The notes under the pieces were generated by a model that searched no databases, had not been told where the DNA came from, and worked only from the letters and a program-made list of their open reading frames with translations. A program made the position numbers and the translations under genes. A stretch of 64,000 nt of DNA from Candidatus Heimdallarchaeota archaeon (GTDB lineage Archaea > Asgardarchaeota > Heimdallarchaeia > JABLTI01): assembly GCA_018238155.1 (NCBI GenBank), contig JABCTZ010000045.1, positions 36,452-100,451 on the forward strand, read 5' to 3'. Of the stretch, positions 28,136 to 39,082 are shown in pieces. Every line of letters begins with the position of its first letter. The first letter of the stretch is position 1.

Positions 28136-29008
28136 TCACCTAATTAAATAGCTAAAGTATATTGAGCCAGGACCTAAATGGCTTCCAACAACAGGTCCAA
28201 TTAATTCGATGAATTGTGTTGTGCAGCCAAATTCATTTTCAATTTTCATACTCAAAATTTCTGCCTCATTGTGTATGTTTCCATGAGCAAGAGCAATAAT
28301 TGAATTGCTATCTAATCCTTCTTCTTTTAGATATTCGATCATCCATTCTATTGCATTTTCTCTTCCTTGCACTGTCGTAAGGCTGGAAGTTTCTCCTTCT
28401 TGTACAGTTAAAATTGGTATCCTATTTAGGAGAGTTCCTACAAGCCCTTTTGCACGACCTATTCTTCCACCTTTAATTAGATATTTTAGTGTGCTTGGAT
28501 AACCAATAACATTTACTTTTTCAATTGCATATTCTACGAGCCTACAAATTTCTTCAATTTCCATCCCTTGATTAGCAGCCCAAGCTGCTTGCAAAACAAT
28601 TAGAGCTAAGGATGCTCCAGTAGTTTTCGCATCATAAATTCTAATATCAATAATTGGAAACATTTTTTTGGCATTTTCTGCGGATTTTATTGTTTCGCTC
28701 ATCAAACTTGAAATATGTATTGAAATAACTCTTTCAGCTTCATAAGCTGCATCTTCATAAGCTTGATAGAAGTCTAAGGTAGAAGGTGGTGAAGTAGAAG
28801 GAGTTTTCTTCAAAAAAGGCATTTTATTATAGAACTCTTTTGAGTTCAAATCTACTCCTGCGGTAAAAACTTCCTCGTCCATATAAACTTTTAAAGGTAC
28901 AATTATTATCCCCAATTCTTTTGCCAAAGCTTCAGGTAAATCACATGTACTATCTGTTATAATTTTAACTTTTGGCAATTCCTTTGTACCTCTGTATTTC
29001 AATCTCAT
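28136..29008 (-). CDS. fakB: DegV-family fatty acid-binding protein (FakB)
   Basis: IITDSTCDL, PSTSPPS, ISSLMSET, YLIKGGRIG, IGPVVGSHLGPG. Confidence 0.93.
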   Translation of the reverse strand: MRLKYRGTKELPKVKIITDSTCDLPEALAKELGIIIVPLKVYMDEEVFTAGVDLNSKEFYNKMPFLKKTPSTSPPSTLDFYQAYEDAAYEAERVISIHISSLMSETIKSAENAKKMFPIIDIRIYDAKTTGASLALIVLQAAWAANQGMEIEEICRLVEYAIEKVNVIGYPSTLKYLIKGGRIGRAKGLVGTLLNRIPILTVQEGETSSLTTVQGRENAIEWMIEYLKEEGLDSNSIIALAHGNIHNEAEILSMKIENEFGCTTQFIELIGPVVGSHLGPGSIYFSYLIR

Positions 29009-29115
29009 TTATTGTTCAATGAGCTTTGACTACTTTGAACATAAGAAAATAAAAGAGTTATTCCCTCAAAGGAGGAAATAATTGATTTGTTGATTTTTAC
29101 GTGCAGTTTGCTAAA

Positions 29116-30060
29116 TTATGCTGCTTCTTCTACAAACAAAAATTCTCTATGTTGCTTGGACATATCATCGATTTTTAGTCGAGATATTGCACCGAATTGT
29201 TTGCAGTGTTTAATTGTATTCTTTGGATCATTTGTATGAATATGAACTCTTATCATATCAGCATTTTTTGCTACTACTAATGAACCACCAAATTCAGCAA
29301 GCATTTCTCTGGCAGATTTAGCAGTTAAGTCTTCAGATTCAATAATGAATTCTGTACAGAATTGATATTCATCATCTACTTCTGTGTCTCGAACAACTAC
29401 TTCTATTTCTTCAGTTGCTTCATTTGTGACAGTTATGTCTTCATTTCTGAATACTTTTAGCCATCCTTCCATAATATAAACGAAACCTTGCCCGCCAGCA
29501 TCAACAACGCCTGCTTTTTTAAGTACAGGTAGAAGATCAGGGGTCTTCTCAAGAGTTCCTTGTGCAGCCTCATAAGAGGTATTTAGCATTTCAATAAAAC
29601 CAGATCCATTTTTAGCTGCTAGATTAGCTGCTTCTGCTGATTTTCGTATTACAGTTAAAATTGTTCCCTCTTGGGGATTTAAAACTGCTTCATATGCTTT
29701 TGCTGCACCATCAACAAAAGCTTGTGAGAATTCTTCTGGTCCTATGTTCTCAAAATTATTCATCGAATTACTAAAACCACCGAAAAATTGTGATAAAATC
29801 ACACCGGAATTACCGGTCGCGCCCATAAATGATCCTCTAGCAATTAGTGATGCTGTTTCTGCAATTGAACTTGAATCAGTGCCATCTAATTCTTCGATTA
29901 TTGCTTCTACAGTTAGGTACATATTTGCACCAGTGTCACCATCTGCAACTGGGAAAACATTTATTGCATTGAGATGTCTTCGATATTTTTTCAGCAAATT
30001 CGCGGATGCTCGCATCATATTTGATAACGTCTCACCAGAGAATAGTTGAAGTGTTGCCAT
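29116..30060 (-). CDS. fakA: DAK2/DhaL-domain fatty acid kinase subunit FakA-like (lacks the C-terminal domain)
   Basis: LNAINVFPVADGDTGANM, GNSGVILSQ, EGTILTV, GVVDAGGQG, FCTEF, RVHIHT, KIDDM..QH; ATG 30060 with AGGAG SD. Confidence 0.88.
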   Translation of the reverse strand: MATLQLFSGETLSNMMRASANLLKKYRRHLNAINVFPVADGDTGANMYLTVEAIIEELDGTDSSSIAETASLIARGSFMGATGNSGVILSQFFGGFSNSMNNFENIGPEEFSQAFVDGAAKAYEAVLNPQEGTILTVIRKSAEAANLAAKNGSGFIEMLNTSYEAAQGTLEKTPDLLPVLKKAGVVDAGGQGFVYIMEGWLKVFRNEDITVTNEATEEIEVVVRDTEVDDEYQFCTEFIIESEDLTAKSAREMLAEFGGSLVVAKNADMIRVHIHTNDPKNTIKHCKQFGAISRLKIDDMSKQHREFLFVEEAA

Positions 30061-30440
30061 TTTTTTCTGTCTCCTGTTTAATTTTGTAAAATATACAAGT
30101 ATAAACAATTTCTATGCTTATTTTAACTAGCAGACATTTAAACATTTCTTTTATGACTAAAAAATACTACGAAACGGTTGTCATCTTAACGAAAAACGCA
30201 CAAGGCACCACGTTTTATTGTTTTTTAAGAATTTATTTGTAAGGAATTGAAGCAATTCGTTTAAAAGAATGCGATTTTCGTAGATGAATTAAACCCACAT
30301 GTTTTTGCAGAATGGCGATTTAAATAAATTCTAATTTTAACAATTAATTAAAGACCGAATAAAATAACAATCAATATTTATTTCAAAGGGTCAAAAAAAA
30401 TCTTTGGTCAAAAATCTTTATTACTTCAGAGGACTTCATC

Positions 30441-31316
30441 TTGAAAAGAAATCGAGTTGTAAAAATGAAAATTGGTGCACATGTATCTATTTCTGGATCA
30501 ATTGAGTTATCAGTTGATAGAGCTTTAGAAATCGGATGTGATACATTCCAAATTTTTACAAGAAGTCCTCGCAGGTGGTTATCTAAAGAATTACAAAACG
30601 ATAAAATTGAGAAGTTTAGATTCAAACTCAAAAATTCATCACTAGGTCCTGTGTTTTCTCATATCCCTTATCTTGCTAATCTTGCAAGTTTAGATCATGA
30701 AATATGGAAAAAATCTCTTAAAATGATGACTGAAGAGCTTAATAGATGTGATAAATTGGATATTCCCTATATTGTAACACATTTAGGAAGCGCAAAAAGA
30801 GCAGGGAAAGAATTAGGTATTACTAGATTAATTTCATCAATAAACCTCATTTTTGAGGATTATAGTGGTAAAACAAAAATTCTTCTGGAGAATACAGCCG
30901 GCAAAGGAAATAAATTAGGTACTAATATTGAAGAAATTTGTCAAATCTTATTACAAATCAATAAATTTGATTCTATTGGGCTATGTTTTGATACCTGCCA
31001 TGCATTTGCCTCAGGATATGATCTACGGAAAGAGAAAGTAGTTAACAATCTTGTTTCTGAGATTCATGATTTAGTGGGAATTAAGAAACTAGTGTGTATT
31101 CATAGTAATGATTCTCTCTTTGATTTAGGAGAAGGTAGAGATCGACATGAACATCTTGGTTTAGGAAAAATCGGTGATTTAGGATTTCATAATCTTATTA
31201 AAAATAAAAAATTGAACAAAGTTCCTTTCATATGTGAAACGCCAGTTGATAGTGAACGAGATGGTAAAGAAAATATAAGATATTTAAGAGATTTAGAGAG
31301 GAAATGCAGAAAGTGA
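30441..31316 (+). CDS. nfo: endonuclease IV
   Basis: IGAHVSISG, HIPYLANL, ENTAG, CFDTCH, DRHEHLG, CETP. Confidence 0.95.
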   Translation: MKRNRVVKMKIGAHVSISGSIELSVDRALEIGCDTFQIFTRSPRRWLSKELQNDKIEKFRFKLKNSSLGPVFSHIPYLANLASLDHEIWKKSLKMMTEELNRCDKLDIPYIVTHLGSAKRAGKELGITRLISSINLIFEDYSGKTKILLENTAGKGNKLGTNIEEICQILLQINKFDSIGLCFDTCHAFASGYDLRKEKVVNNLVSEIHDLVGIKKLVCIHSNDSLFDLGEGRDRHEHLGLGKIGDLGFHNLIKNKKLNKVPFICETPVDSERDGKENIRYLRDLERKCRK

Positions 31317-31332
31317 ACTTTCTTAATTATTT

Positions 31333-32031
31333 TTATTCATTTATATCAAAACTCTGAGATTTTTCTCGTAAAAAGACAACTCTAGACAGAGCTGTCCAAG
31401 CTTCCAAATGAAATCTTGAAATAGCTAATTTATTTAAAGAAAGACTATCTATTCTTTTTGAGAAAGAACCATGTGGAAATGCTCCAATAATTATTCCTAG
31501 ATTTAAACTCGAAATTTCTTTAAAGTAAGTTTCTAAATTTATTTGTTCACCATTAAAGGTAAAAAGCAGTCGTTGGGTCATTGGAATGTCTTCTATTTCT
31601 TTTTCAATAGTTGTATCTACTAAAATTTTCATTAATATTTTTTCTTTACTCTCTATTAGACCATTTACCAAAAGCTGTTCCATTAATCCTATAAATCGAG
31701 GGTAATGTTTTGGAAGTCGTGTTTCTGGATTGATTTCAATTACCAGACCATTATAAGTATGTACAAGAATTCTTATTTCATTTGAGTATTCTTGAACTAA
31801 TGGTGTACCTAATAGATTTAACAAACAAAAGTGTAAAATATCAGGTCTCCCTCTTTTATTTGAATCTTTCAATTTTGTCATCGCTTTATGATGATATGAA
31901 GAATCTAAAATCATTGAATGTGGTAATTTACCTCTCTTTTTTGCGGTTTTCTTAATTGCATCAAGATAAACTATTTTCTTTGGTATCAATTCCAATGCTG
32001 AATCAGCTATAATAAAGACTGTTTTTGACAA
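31333..32031 (-). CDS. nep1: 16S rRNA pseudouridine N1-methyltransferase Nep1/Emg1
   Basis: LDSSYHH, RGRPDILH, RLPKHYPRFIGLMEQL, IGAFPHG. Confidence 0.93.
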   Translation of the reverse strand: MSKTVFIIADSALELIPKKIVYLDAIKKTAKKRGKLPHSMILDSSYHHKAMTKLKDSNKRGRPDILHFCLLNLLGTPLVQEYSNEIRILVHTYNGLVIEINPETRLPKHYPRFIGLMEQLLVNGLIESKEKILMKILVDTTIEKEIEDIPMTQRLLFTFNGEQINLETYFKEISSLNLGIIIGAFPHGSFSKRIDSLSLNKLAISRFHLEAWTALSRVVFLREKSQSFDINE

Positions 32032-32194
32032 ATGGTTCTACTATCCTTTTTGCTTTAAATAATCAAGTATCAATCAAAAATAATTAATACACTAGATTTA
32101 TTTCTATTATCTATATAAAAAACATTATCTAAGAAATTTTCATAGAAAGTTTTGTATAAAATGATTTGTATAATATATCTAGGAGAATAAATTA

Positions 32195-32605
32195 ATGTCA
32201 AAAAAAGGTAAAAAAGGCAAAGTAAAGAAAATTGTTTGTAAAAAATGTGGTGAAACATGGTTACCTGATGAAGTGCCAACAAATAAAGAGTGGACTAAAA
32301 TGGCACCAATGCCTGATTCTGAAGGTAGGGTTACTATAATGCAAATGGCCACTTGGAGCTGTCCAAGTTGTGGTAAAACTAAGATGGGTCTCAAAGGAAA
32401 ATATAAAGATGAAGGAACAACAGGACCTTCTAAGAAAGATAAATTGATTGAATATATTGAGAATTCTGGCGAGAAGATTGCTTTAGCGGATATCGCAGCG
32501 GAATTATCATTCTCTGTTGATAGCGTTGAGAAAGCATTGCAAGCGTTTATCAAAAGAAAAGCCATTTCTGGTAAAATAGAAAATGACTCTTTTATCAAAG
32601 AGTAG
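32195..32605 (+). CDS. Zn-ribbon plus wHTH protein
   Basis: CKKCG...CPSCG; IALADIAAELSFSVDSVEKAL. Confidence 0.75.
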   Translation: MSKKGKKGKVKKIVCKKCGETWLPDEVPTNKEWTKMAPMPDSEGRVTIMQMATWSCPSCGKTKMGLKGKYKDEGTTGPSKKDKLIEYIENSGEKIALADIAAELSFSVDSVEKALQAFIKRKAISGKIENDSFIKE

Positions 32606-32655
32606 TGCTAAAGATTTCCAGATATTTTGTAGAATGTCAAAAGTAGCTGATCTCA

Positions 32656-33747
32656 ATGGGTATTACTAAGAATAAGGAATTAATTGAAAGTGCAATTAAA
32701 AGTCTTAAAGACTTAACTCCTGAAGAAAACATAAAGATTACCCATGTCTGTGGAACACATGAAATGACCGCATCGAGATTCGGGATTAGATCCATTATTC
32801 CAGAAAACATTGATTTAATTCCGGGTCCGGGTTGTCCAGTTTGTGTTTGTCCATCTTATGAAATAGATTACGCTATACAACTCGCTAAACAGGGCAAAAT
32901 AATTACCACCTTTGGTGATATGTTTAAAGTACCTGCTTCAAGGCAAAGTTTATCTGAAATGAAACGATTGGGTGCGGATATTAGAGTAGTTTATTCACCA
33001 CTTGATTCAATTGAAATAGCAAAAAGAAATCCTAGCAAAGATGTGATATTTTTTGCAATTGGTTTTGAAACAAGCGCTCCAATGACTGGAGCTGCATTGT
33101 TATCCGCTCCACCTGAAAACTTCTTTGTATTATCTGCGCATAGACTAACTGTTCCAGCAATGGAGCTTTTGCTTAAATCTGAAAAGAAAAAAACTCAAGG
33201 TTTCATTTGTCCAGGGCATGTATCAGTTATGATAGGTACAGATGCATATACACCATTTAGTAAAAAATACAATATGCCATGTGTAATAACTGGTTTTGAA
33301 GCAATTGATATGTTAATTGGATTAGTCCAAATAATGAAAATGATTCAAAATAAAGAGCCAAAAATAATTAACGAATATCAAAGGGTAGTAAAACCAGAAG
33401 GTAATACAAAAGCTTTACAGATTCTTAAAGAAGCATTTGAAATTGTTGATTCGTCTTGGAGAGGTATAGGAATAGTAAAGAAAAGTGGACTTGCTATTTC
33501 TTCTCAACTTGAAAATCATGATGCAAAGAAAGTTTTTGATATTGTAATTAATGAAACTGTAGATGTTCAACCAGGTTGTAAGTGCCCTGAAGTGATGTTG
33601 GGCAATATGCTTCCAAATGAGTGTAAATTATTTCAGAAAAAATGCAGACCAGATAATCCCATAGGTCCTTGTATGGTTTCGCATGAAGGAACATGTGCAA
33701 TATTCTCAAGATATGGTTCTACAGATATGTTGAAAAATCTAAAATAG
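32656..33747 (+). CDS. hypD: [NiFe]-hydrogenase maturation protein HypD
   Basis: VCGTH, GPGCPVCV, GFETSAP, PGHVS, GPCMVSHEGTC. Confidence 0.96.
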   Translation: MGITKNKELIESAIKSLKDLTPEENIKITHVCGTHEMTASRFGIRSIIPENIDLIPGPGCPVCVCPSYEIDYAIQLAKQGKIITTFGDMFKVPASRQSLSEMKRLGADIRVVYSPLDSIEIAKRNPSKDVIFFAIGFETSAPMTGAALLSAPPENFFVLSAHRLTVPAMELLLKSEKKKTQGFICPGHVSVMIGTDAYTPFSKKYNMPCVITGFEAIDMLIGLVQIMKMIQNKEPKIINEYQRVVKPEGNTKALQILKEAFEIVDSSWRGIGIVKKSGLAISSQLENHDAKKVFDIVINETVDVQPGCKCPEVMLGNMLPNECKLFQKKCRPDNPIGPCMVSHEGTCAIFSRYGSTDMLKNLK

Positions 33748-33854
33748 TTTTTATTTTTTAAAAAACTTAACCTAAAAGATTTTTTCAGAAATCTGTAAAT
33801 CTTGTTCAAGCTGAATATAAAAGTTTAATTATCCTAATATCACTTTCAAATTCG

Positions 33855-34586
33855 TTGGAAATGACGTATAATTTTTCACTCCCATTTAATGAATTGGTTC
33901 CAGAGGATATTTTTTTAGCTGTTATCTCAGCTGCTTTTGGATTTTATCTCTTAATTATTTTACTTATATTAAAACAAACGAAGTTTCCAGCATGGGTAAT
34001 TAGAAAAGTAGGACATATTTTTGGAGGAACATATATTGCTTTTATAGCATTCCAATTTAATTCTCTTACAGGAATACTCTTTACTGTTTGTCTTTTTCTA
34101 GTTTTGCTTGTAGTATTCATTATTTTTTCAAAAGGAAAGCTCCTTACTGAATATTTCATATTTAATTTTAGAGAGAATGAAAATGATTACACTTTTATGA
34201 TCAATACAATTACTACAATGTTAGTGCTGTTTGGGTTACTATTAGTATTCTATAATTATCCTGCTGCATTTGTTACTAGTGCATTGGTTATTTCATGGGG
34301 AGATACTTTTGGTGAAGTAATTGGCAAAACGCTTCCATTCGTTAAATATAGAATTTTTTGTGAAAAATCGATTTCTGGGACATTGGGAGTGTTTGTATTC
34401 AGCTTTATTTCATTTCTTACATCAGCAATCATTTTTGAAATACCATTATCAAATGGTTGGCTATGGATTTCGATGCTTGGAAGTTTGACATGTGCAGTAA
34501 TTGAGTCAATAAGTTGGAAATGGTTTGACAATATTGTACTTCCACCTATAGGTGGTGTATTTATGTTATGGATAATTTTGCTTTAG
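33855..34586 (+). CDS. dolichol/phytol kinase-like membrane protein
   Basis: RKVGH, WGDTFGEVIG, KSISG, DNIVLP. Confidence 0.82.
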   Translation: MEMTYNFSLPFNELVPEDIFLAVISAAFGFYLLIILLILKQTKFPAWVIRKVGHIFGGTYIAFIAFQFNSLTGILFTVCLFLVLLVVFIIFSKGKLLTEYFIFNFRENENDYTFMINTITTMLVLFGLLLVFYNYPAAFVTSALVISWGDTFGEVIGKTLPFVKYRIFCEKSISGTLGVFVFSFISFLTSAIIFEIPLSNGWLWISMLGSLTCAVIESISWKWFDNIVLPPIGGVFMLWIILL

Positions 34587-34656
34587 ATTATTTACATAGA
34601 TACTAATTACCAACTAAAGCAATAAATTTTAAATTGATATATGGTTTTTTGAAAAT

Positions 34657-35016
34657 ATGAAATCTGAATATTCAATTATTTTAGTACTTGGTTTTGGCAT
34701 AATTAGTGCTATTTTATGGTATTTCTTAAATCAAATACCAATTGATACAGCTAAAGAATATTCATTGTTCTTTTTCCTTATATTAACAATAGGTCTCATT
34801 ACTTATCTGCTTCATGGCAAAGGAATATTAATATCACCCGAACAAAATTATTCAATGCAATTTTCAAGATCTGTCAGAAATGGAATAATATATCATCGAA
34901 TGAAATTTAGATCTGAAAATCTAATCTCACAAAAAATAAGAGGTAAGAATAAATCACAAAAAGCAAAAGTACTTCCTTATAATTATAGTAGGAAGAGATA
35001 TCGAGATTTAAATTAA
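34657..35016 (+). CDS. hypothetical membrane protein
   Basis: Two TM helices and a basic tail. Confidence 0.6.
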   Translation: MKSEYSIILVLGFGIISAILWYFLNQIPIDTAKEYSLFFFLILTIGLITYLLHGKGILISPEQNYSMQFSRSVRNGIIYHRMKFRSENLISQKIRGKNKSQKAKVLPYNYSRKRYRDLN

Positions 35017-35183
35017 TCTTCTGAATCTAAGTGAGATTTATAATAAGCTAGTTCCTCACTAAGCAGTTGCTCAATAGCAAATCTCAAAACCTCACTTCTA
35101 CTCCTAAATTTCTTATTCTTAGTAATTAATTCATCCACTTCTTCAAGTAGTAGATCGGGTAAACCTATTGAGATAGTTCTCAT
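35013..35183 (-). CDS. CopG/Arc-MetJ ribbon-helix-helix regulator
   Basis: MRTISIGLPDLLLEEVDEL...SRSEVLRFAI; GAGG SD before ATG 35183. Confidence 0.85.
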   Translation of the reverse strand: MRTISIGLPDLLLEEVDELITKNKKFRSRSEVLRFAIEQLLSEELAYYKSHLDSED

Positions 35184-35503
35184 TAAATAACCTCGATATA
35201 ACATAACACAAAATGTTTTTGAAACTTTTTATATCATATAAAATTTGAATACTTTCGGCTATCTCTTAATAGAATTTATATAGAATAGGCTGAGTATATT
35301 AAATTAGAACTTTAATTTGAAACCTAACGCGAAACCGAAACAACTATTATAAAAATAGATCAGAGCAATAAAAATGCAATTGGATTTATTTACAAAATAG
35401 TAATGTGTATTGATTTTCTTCAAAGTTCTACAAGTAAGCACTAAGTTTGTACCTTAAATAGTTTAATTAGGAAATACTTAGTAGAAACAAATGGTGAAAT
35501 AAT

Positions 35504-37639
35504 ATGACACTAAATATGCCTTATGATGAAGTTGTCGAGAAAATTGTTGATGAGACAAAATTATCAAAAGAAGATGTAATTGAAAAGATAAATGAAAAAG
35601 TTAAGGAATTAGGCAGCCTAATAACTCCTGAAGGAGCGGCTCACATAATTGCTCGCGAATTGGAAATAAATCTATATGGTTCACAACCAATTCAGAAACC
35701 ACAACCTACTGTCATTGCAGATCTTATTGACGGAATGAACAACGTAACTATAACAGCTCTAATTAGAAATATTTATGAGCCGAAAAATTTCTCAAGAAAA
35801 GATGGAACCCAAGGTGCTGTTCAAAATGTTCATCTAGTTGATAAATCAAGTTATTGTCGTTTAGTTCTTTGGGATGACCAAATTCGTCAATTTAAAGATA
35901 TGAGTGCATCTCGAGGTGATTTCATTCGTATTTCGGGTTCTTTTGTCAAGGAAAGTAAATTTGATAGTATTAAGGAATTAAGTTTAAATTCTAGATCTGA
36001 GATTGACATTAATCCTAAAGATATTAAAAAAGAAGAATTTCCCGATTCTTTATTATCTTCAAAGAAAATTTCTTCGTTGAGTTTAGGACAAACAGATATT
36101 GAACTTATTGGTAAAATTACTGCAATAAGACTAGCCAGTACTTTTACAAAGAAAGATGGATCCGAGGGAAAAGTGGCATCGATTGAAATAGCTGATGAAA
36201 CTGGTAAAATTAAAATTACACTGTGGGATACAGCAGCTAGTTCAACTGAAAATTTCAAAGAGGGAGATGTGCTTGAGATACAAGGTGGATATTCAAGACA
36301 AGGTTTGAATAATAATATTGAAATTCATTTGGGTAAAAATGGGTCTCTTCAAAAAAATATAAAGAAATCAATTGATGTGCCTAAAGATATTCTTGAAAGT
36401 GATTCAACTTTAAGTTCTTATAATAAAAGTGACAAAGGGAATAGCAAAGAAGTACGCTTATCCGATTTAGATGAAACAATGAAAAATATTTCAATAATCG
36501 CCCGAATTACAGGTATTAGTAACATTCGCGAATTTAGTCGAAGCGATGGAACAAACAGTATGGTAGGTTCTCTTTTAGTTAAAGATAATTCAGGACCAGG
36601 ACGCGTAACGCTTTGGAATAGCATGACAGATTATATCAAAAAAGTTCAAATTGGAGATGCAATTCGAATTGAAGGTGCTTATGTAAAAATGGGTCTAAAG
36701 GGTGATCCTGAAGTTCATGTAGGAAGAAGTACTACTGTTGAAATTAATCCAGAATATTTGAAAGATGCATTGCCTGAACTTAAATTTGATTTTAAGGAAA
36801 TTTCTTCACTTGAACCTCGTGAAAGAGATGTCAATGTTAGAGCTCTTGTAATGCGAGTTCAAGAAATTAGAACCTTTGCAAAGCATGATGGAAGCGAAGG
36901 AAGAGTTCTCAATATTGGAATTAGTGATAATTCTGGTTCAACTCGCTTAGTTGCATGGGATGATAAAGCTATTGAACTCGAACATATTGAAGAAATGTCC
37001 CCCATAGAAATCTTTCATGGTTATACTAAGGAAGGAAGTCAAGGGGTGGAAATTCATCTTGGCTCGTTATCTACAGTAAAAAAGGTTAATAAAATTGATT
37101 CATTGGATCCCACAAAAATAAAACAAACAGAAATGACAACCAATATCGCTTCTGCTGAAAGAGTTGATATGATAAATTTAGAAGAGGGCGGTCTCTCTGA
37201 AATAAGAGGTACTATTTTAAAAGTTTATGAAGGGAAAATGTATTACAATTCATGCCCAGAATGTAGAAAGAAAGTTACTGAAATGGATGATGGTAACTGG
37301 AATTGTGCAGAACATGGAAGTATTGAGACACAACATACTTTATTCGTTTCTATTGCATTGGATGATGGAACGGGTTGTGTCCGAGTAACATTTTTCAGAG
37401 ATCTGGCAGAAAAACTACTAGATGTAAATGTCAAAAGTGTAATTGATGAAATTGAGCAAATTGGTATACAAACGCTGATTGTGAAATTTGAACAAAGAAT
37501 TAAAGGACGTGAAATAATAGTTCGCGGAAAACCTAGAAAGAATAAATTTGATGACGGTATGGATTTAATTGCATCGGCATTCTTTGATATTGATCCTAAG
37601 AAAGAGATAGAATTAGCTAAAAGTTCGTTGAAAGCTTAA
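35504..37639 (+). CDS. rpa: replication protein A large subunit (multiple OB folds plus Zn finger)
   Basis: Repeated F.RKDG.EG.V....D.TG...TLW units; CPEC...CAEH; LDDGTG. Confidence 0.92.
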   Translation: MTLNMPYDEVVEKIVDETKLSKEDVIEKINEKVKELGSLITPEGAAHIIARELEINLYGSQPIQKPQPTVIADLIDGMNNVTITALIRNIYEPKNFSRKDGTQGAVQNVHLVDKSSYCRLVLWDDQIRQFKDMSASRGDFIRISGSFVKESKFDSIKELSLNSRSEIDINPKDIKKEEFPDSLLSSKKISSLSLGQTDIELIGKITAIRLASTFTKKDGSEGKVASIEIADETGKIKITLWDTAASSTENFKEGDVLEIQGGYSRQGLNNNIEIHLGKNGSLQKNIKKSIDVPKDILESDSTLSSYNKSDKGNSKEVRLSDLDETMKNISIIARITGISNIREFSRSDGTNSMVGSLLVKDNSGPGRVTLWNSMTDYIKKVQIGDAIRIEGAYVKMGLKGDPEVHVGRSTTVEINPEYLKDALPELKFDFKEISSLEPRERDVNVRALVMRVQEIRTFAKHDGSEGRVLNIGISDNSGSTRLVAWDDKAIELEHIEEMSPIEIFHGYTKEGSQGVEIHLGSLSTVKKVNKIDSLDPTKIKQTEMTTNIASAERVDMINLEEGGLSEIRGTILKVYEGKMYYNSCPECRKKVTEMDDGNWNCAEHGSIETQHTLFVSIALDDGTGCVRVTFFRDLAEKLLDVNVKSVIDEIEQIGIQTLIVKFEQRIKGREIIVRGKPRKNKFDDGMDLIASAFFDIDPKKEIELAKSSLKA

Positions 37640-37698
37640 TTCTCAACTCTCCTCTTTTTTTATGGGGGTTTTTATTCTTTAATTCGAATTTTCCTTAT

Positions 37699-38985
37699 GT
37701 GTTTCAAGAGGAAATGAGAATGTTCGATTTTACAAAAAAAATTTCAAAAAAATATCTATTAATTGGAATGTCAATTTTGAACATTCTTATGGTAATTTCT
37801 TTAATTTTTTTCTTATTACTTAGTTCAGGATATTTAGAGAATATATATTATTTAATTGCATTTCCAATTGATTATCTATCAAATAATTATCTCGTATTAA
37901 CGTTTTTCTTATTAATTGAGATATTAATTGTATTTTATAGTTGGTATTTTTATAAAGACAAAGGAAATCTCAAAGATGGTAATCAAGAGCCATTTTGTGA
38001 GTTTGAAAATGATTTGCAGGATCTAGAATCATCTAACACAGAGTCTACATTATTATTCAAAGAATGTGAATCAGAAGATCAAACATCATTAAACAATGAA
38101 ATTTCCCCTATTGATGATGCAATTGATTCTGTACTTGCATCATTAAATTTCGATGAACAGATAGATATCAATAGATTGCCAAATAATGATGAAGAAGAAT
38201 ATGATTTCGAGCCAAGTCATTTTTCTTTGCAAGATGAAAAAAAAGAAATGCCTAAAGAATCAATTCCAAAAATCAACAACATAATTAATGTAATAGAAAT
38301 TGAGGAGGAGGGAAAACAAAAAACAGGAGTTAATGATTACCAATTTGCTTTTTATCAAAATATTGTAAATGATAGGTGGTTATATGAAAAATCAATTGAT
38401 CGTGATAGAGTTGGTTTTGATAGATATGCATTAGATGAAGCAAAAATTTCTTTAACAGATATTGAGAACTTAATCAATTCAGATATGCTTTACAAACAAA
38501 TAATTCAGTTCCCAACTGGACCATTTGTTGTCTATTCTTCTAGACTAGATATTGAGAGGTTCATTATTAAAGAAACAATTAGAAGAATTATTAGGAAAAT
38601 TAGATTTCGTTTTGTAAGCCGCAAATTTACATTTGCAAATTGGAAAGAATTTGGTTTAGCTAAAAAAATTTGGGAATTTGATTTTGAGATAGCTGAACCT
38701 AAAACTATTGGATGTATCTGGATAAGTAATGCATTTCTTGTATCTAAATCGGAAAGGAGTTCTATAACACCAGAGAAAAAGGATGAATTGAAAGCTGTAA
38801 TAGCTGCTGCTACTCTAAAAATGAAAGATGAAGGAAAGGTATTGATTATCACCAATACCAAAGAAAACGCGAAAATAGTTAAGAAGTTTGCTAAAACCAC
38901 AGGATGGGGACCGATTTCAGTACTTTATTTCGCAGATTCAAGTTTTAAAAGAAAAATCATAAAGTTAATAGATTGTATTACATAA
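37699..38985 (+). CDS. hypothetical membrane-anchored protein
   Basis: Two N-terminal TM helices, acidic linker, globular C-terminus. Confidence 0.7.
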   Translation: MFQEEMRMFDFTKKISKKYLLIGMSILNILMVISLIFFLLLSSGYLENIYYLIAFPIDYLSNNYLVLTFFLLIEILIVFYSWYFYKDKGNLKDGNQEPFCEFENDLQDLESSNTESTLLFKECESEDQTSLNNEISPIDDAIDSVLASLNFDEQIDINRLPNNDEEEYDFEPSHFSLQDEKKEMPKESIPKINNIINVIEIEEEGKQKTGVNDYQFAFYQNIVNDRWLYEKSIDRDRVGFDRYALDEAKISLTDIENLINSDMLYKQIIQFPTGPFVVYSSRLDIERFIIKETIRRIIRKIRFRFVSRKFTFANWKEFGLAKKIWEFDFEIAEPKTIGCIWISNAFLVSKSERSSITPEKKDELKAVIAAATLKMKDEGKVLIITNTKENAKIVKKFAKTTGWGPISVLYFADSSFKRKIIKLIDCIT

Positions 38986-39082
38986 AACGTCTCACTCTTA
39001 CTTTCTTCAAAAAAATTAGGGTTTTTAAATTTCATTTCGGATTATTTATTGATAATTATTATTTATCGGGATTGTAGAAGAC

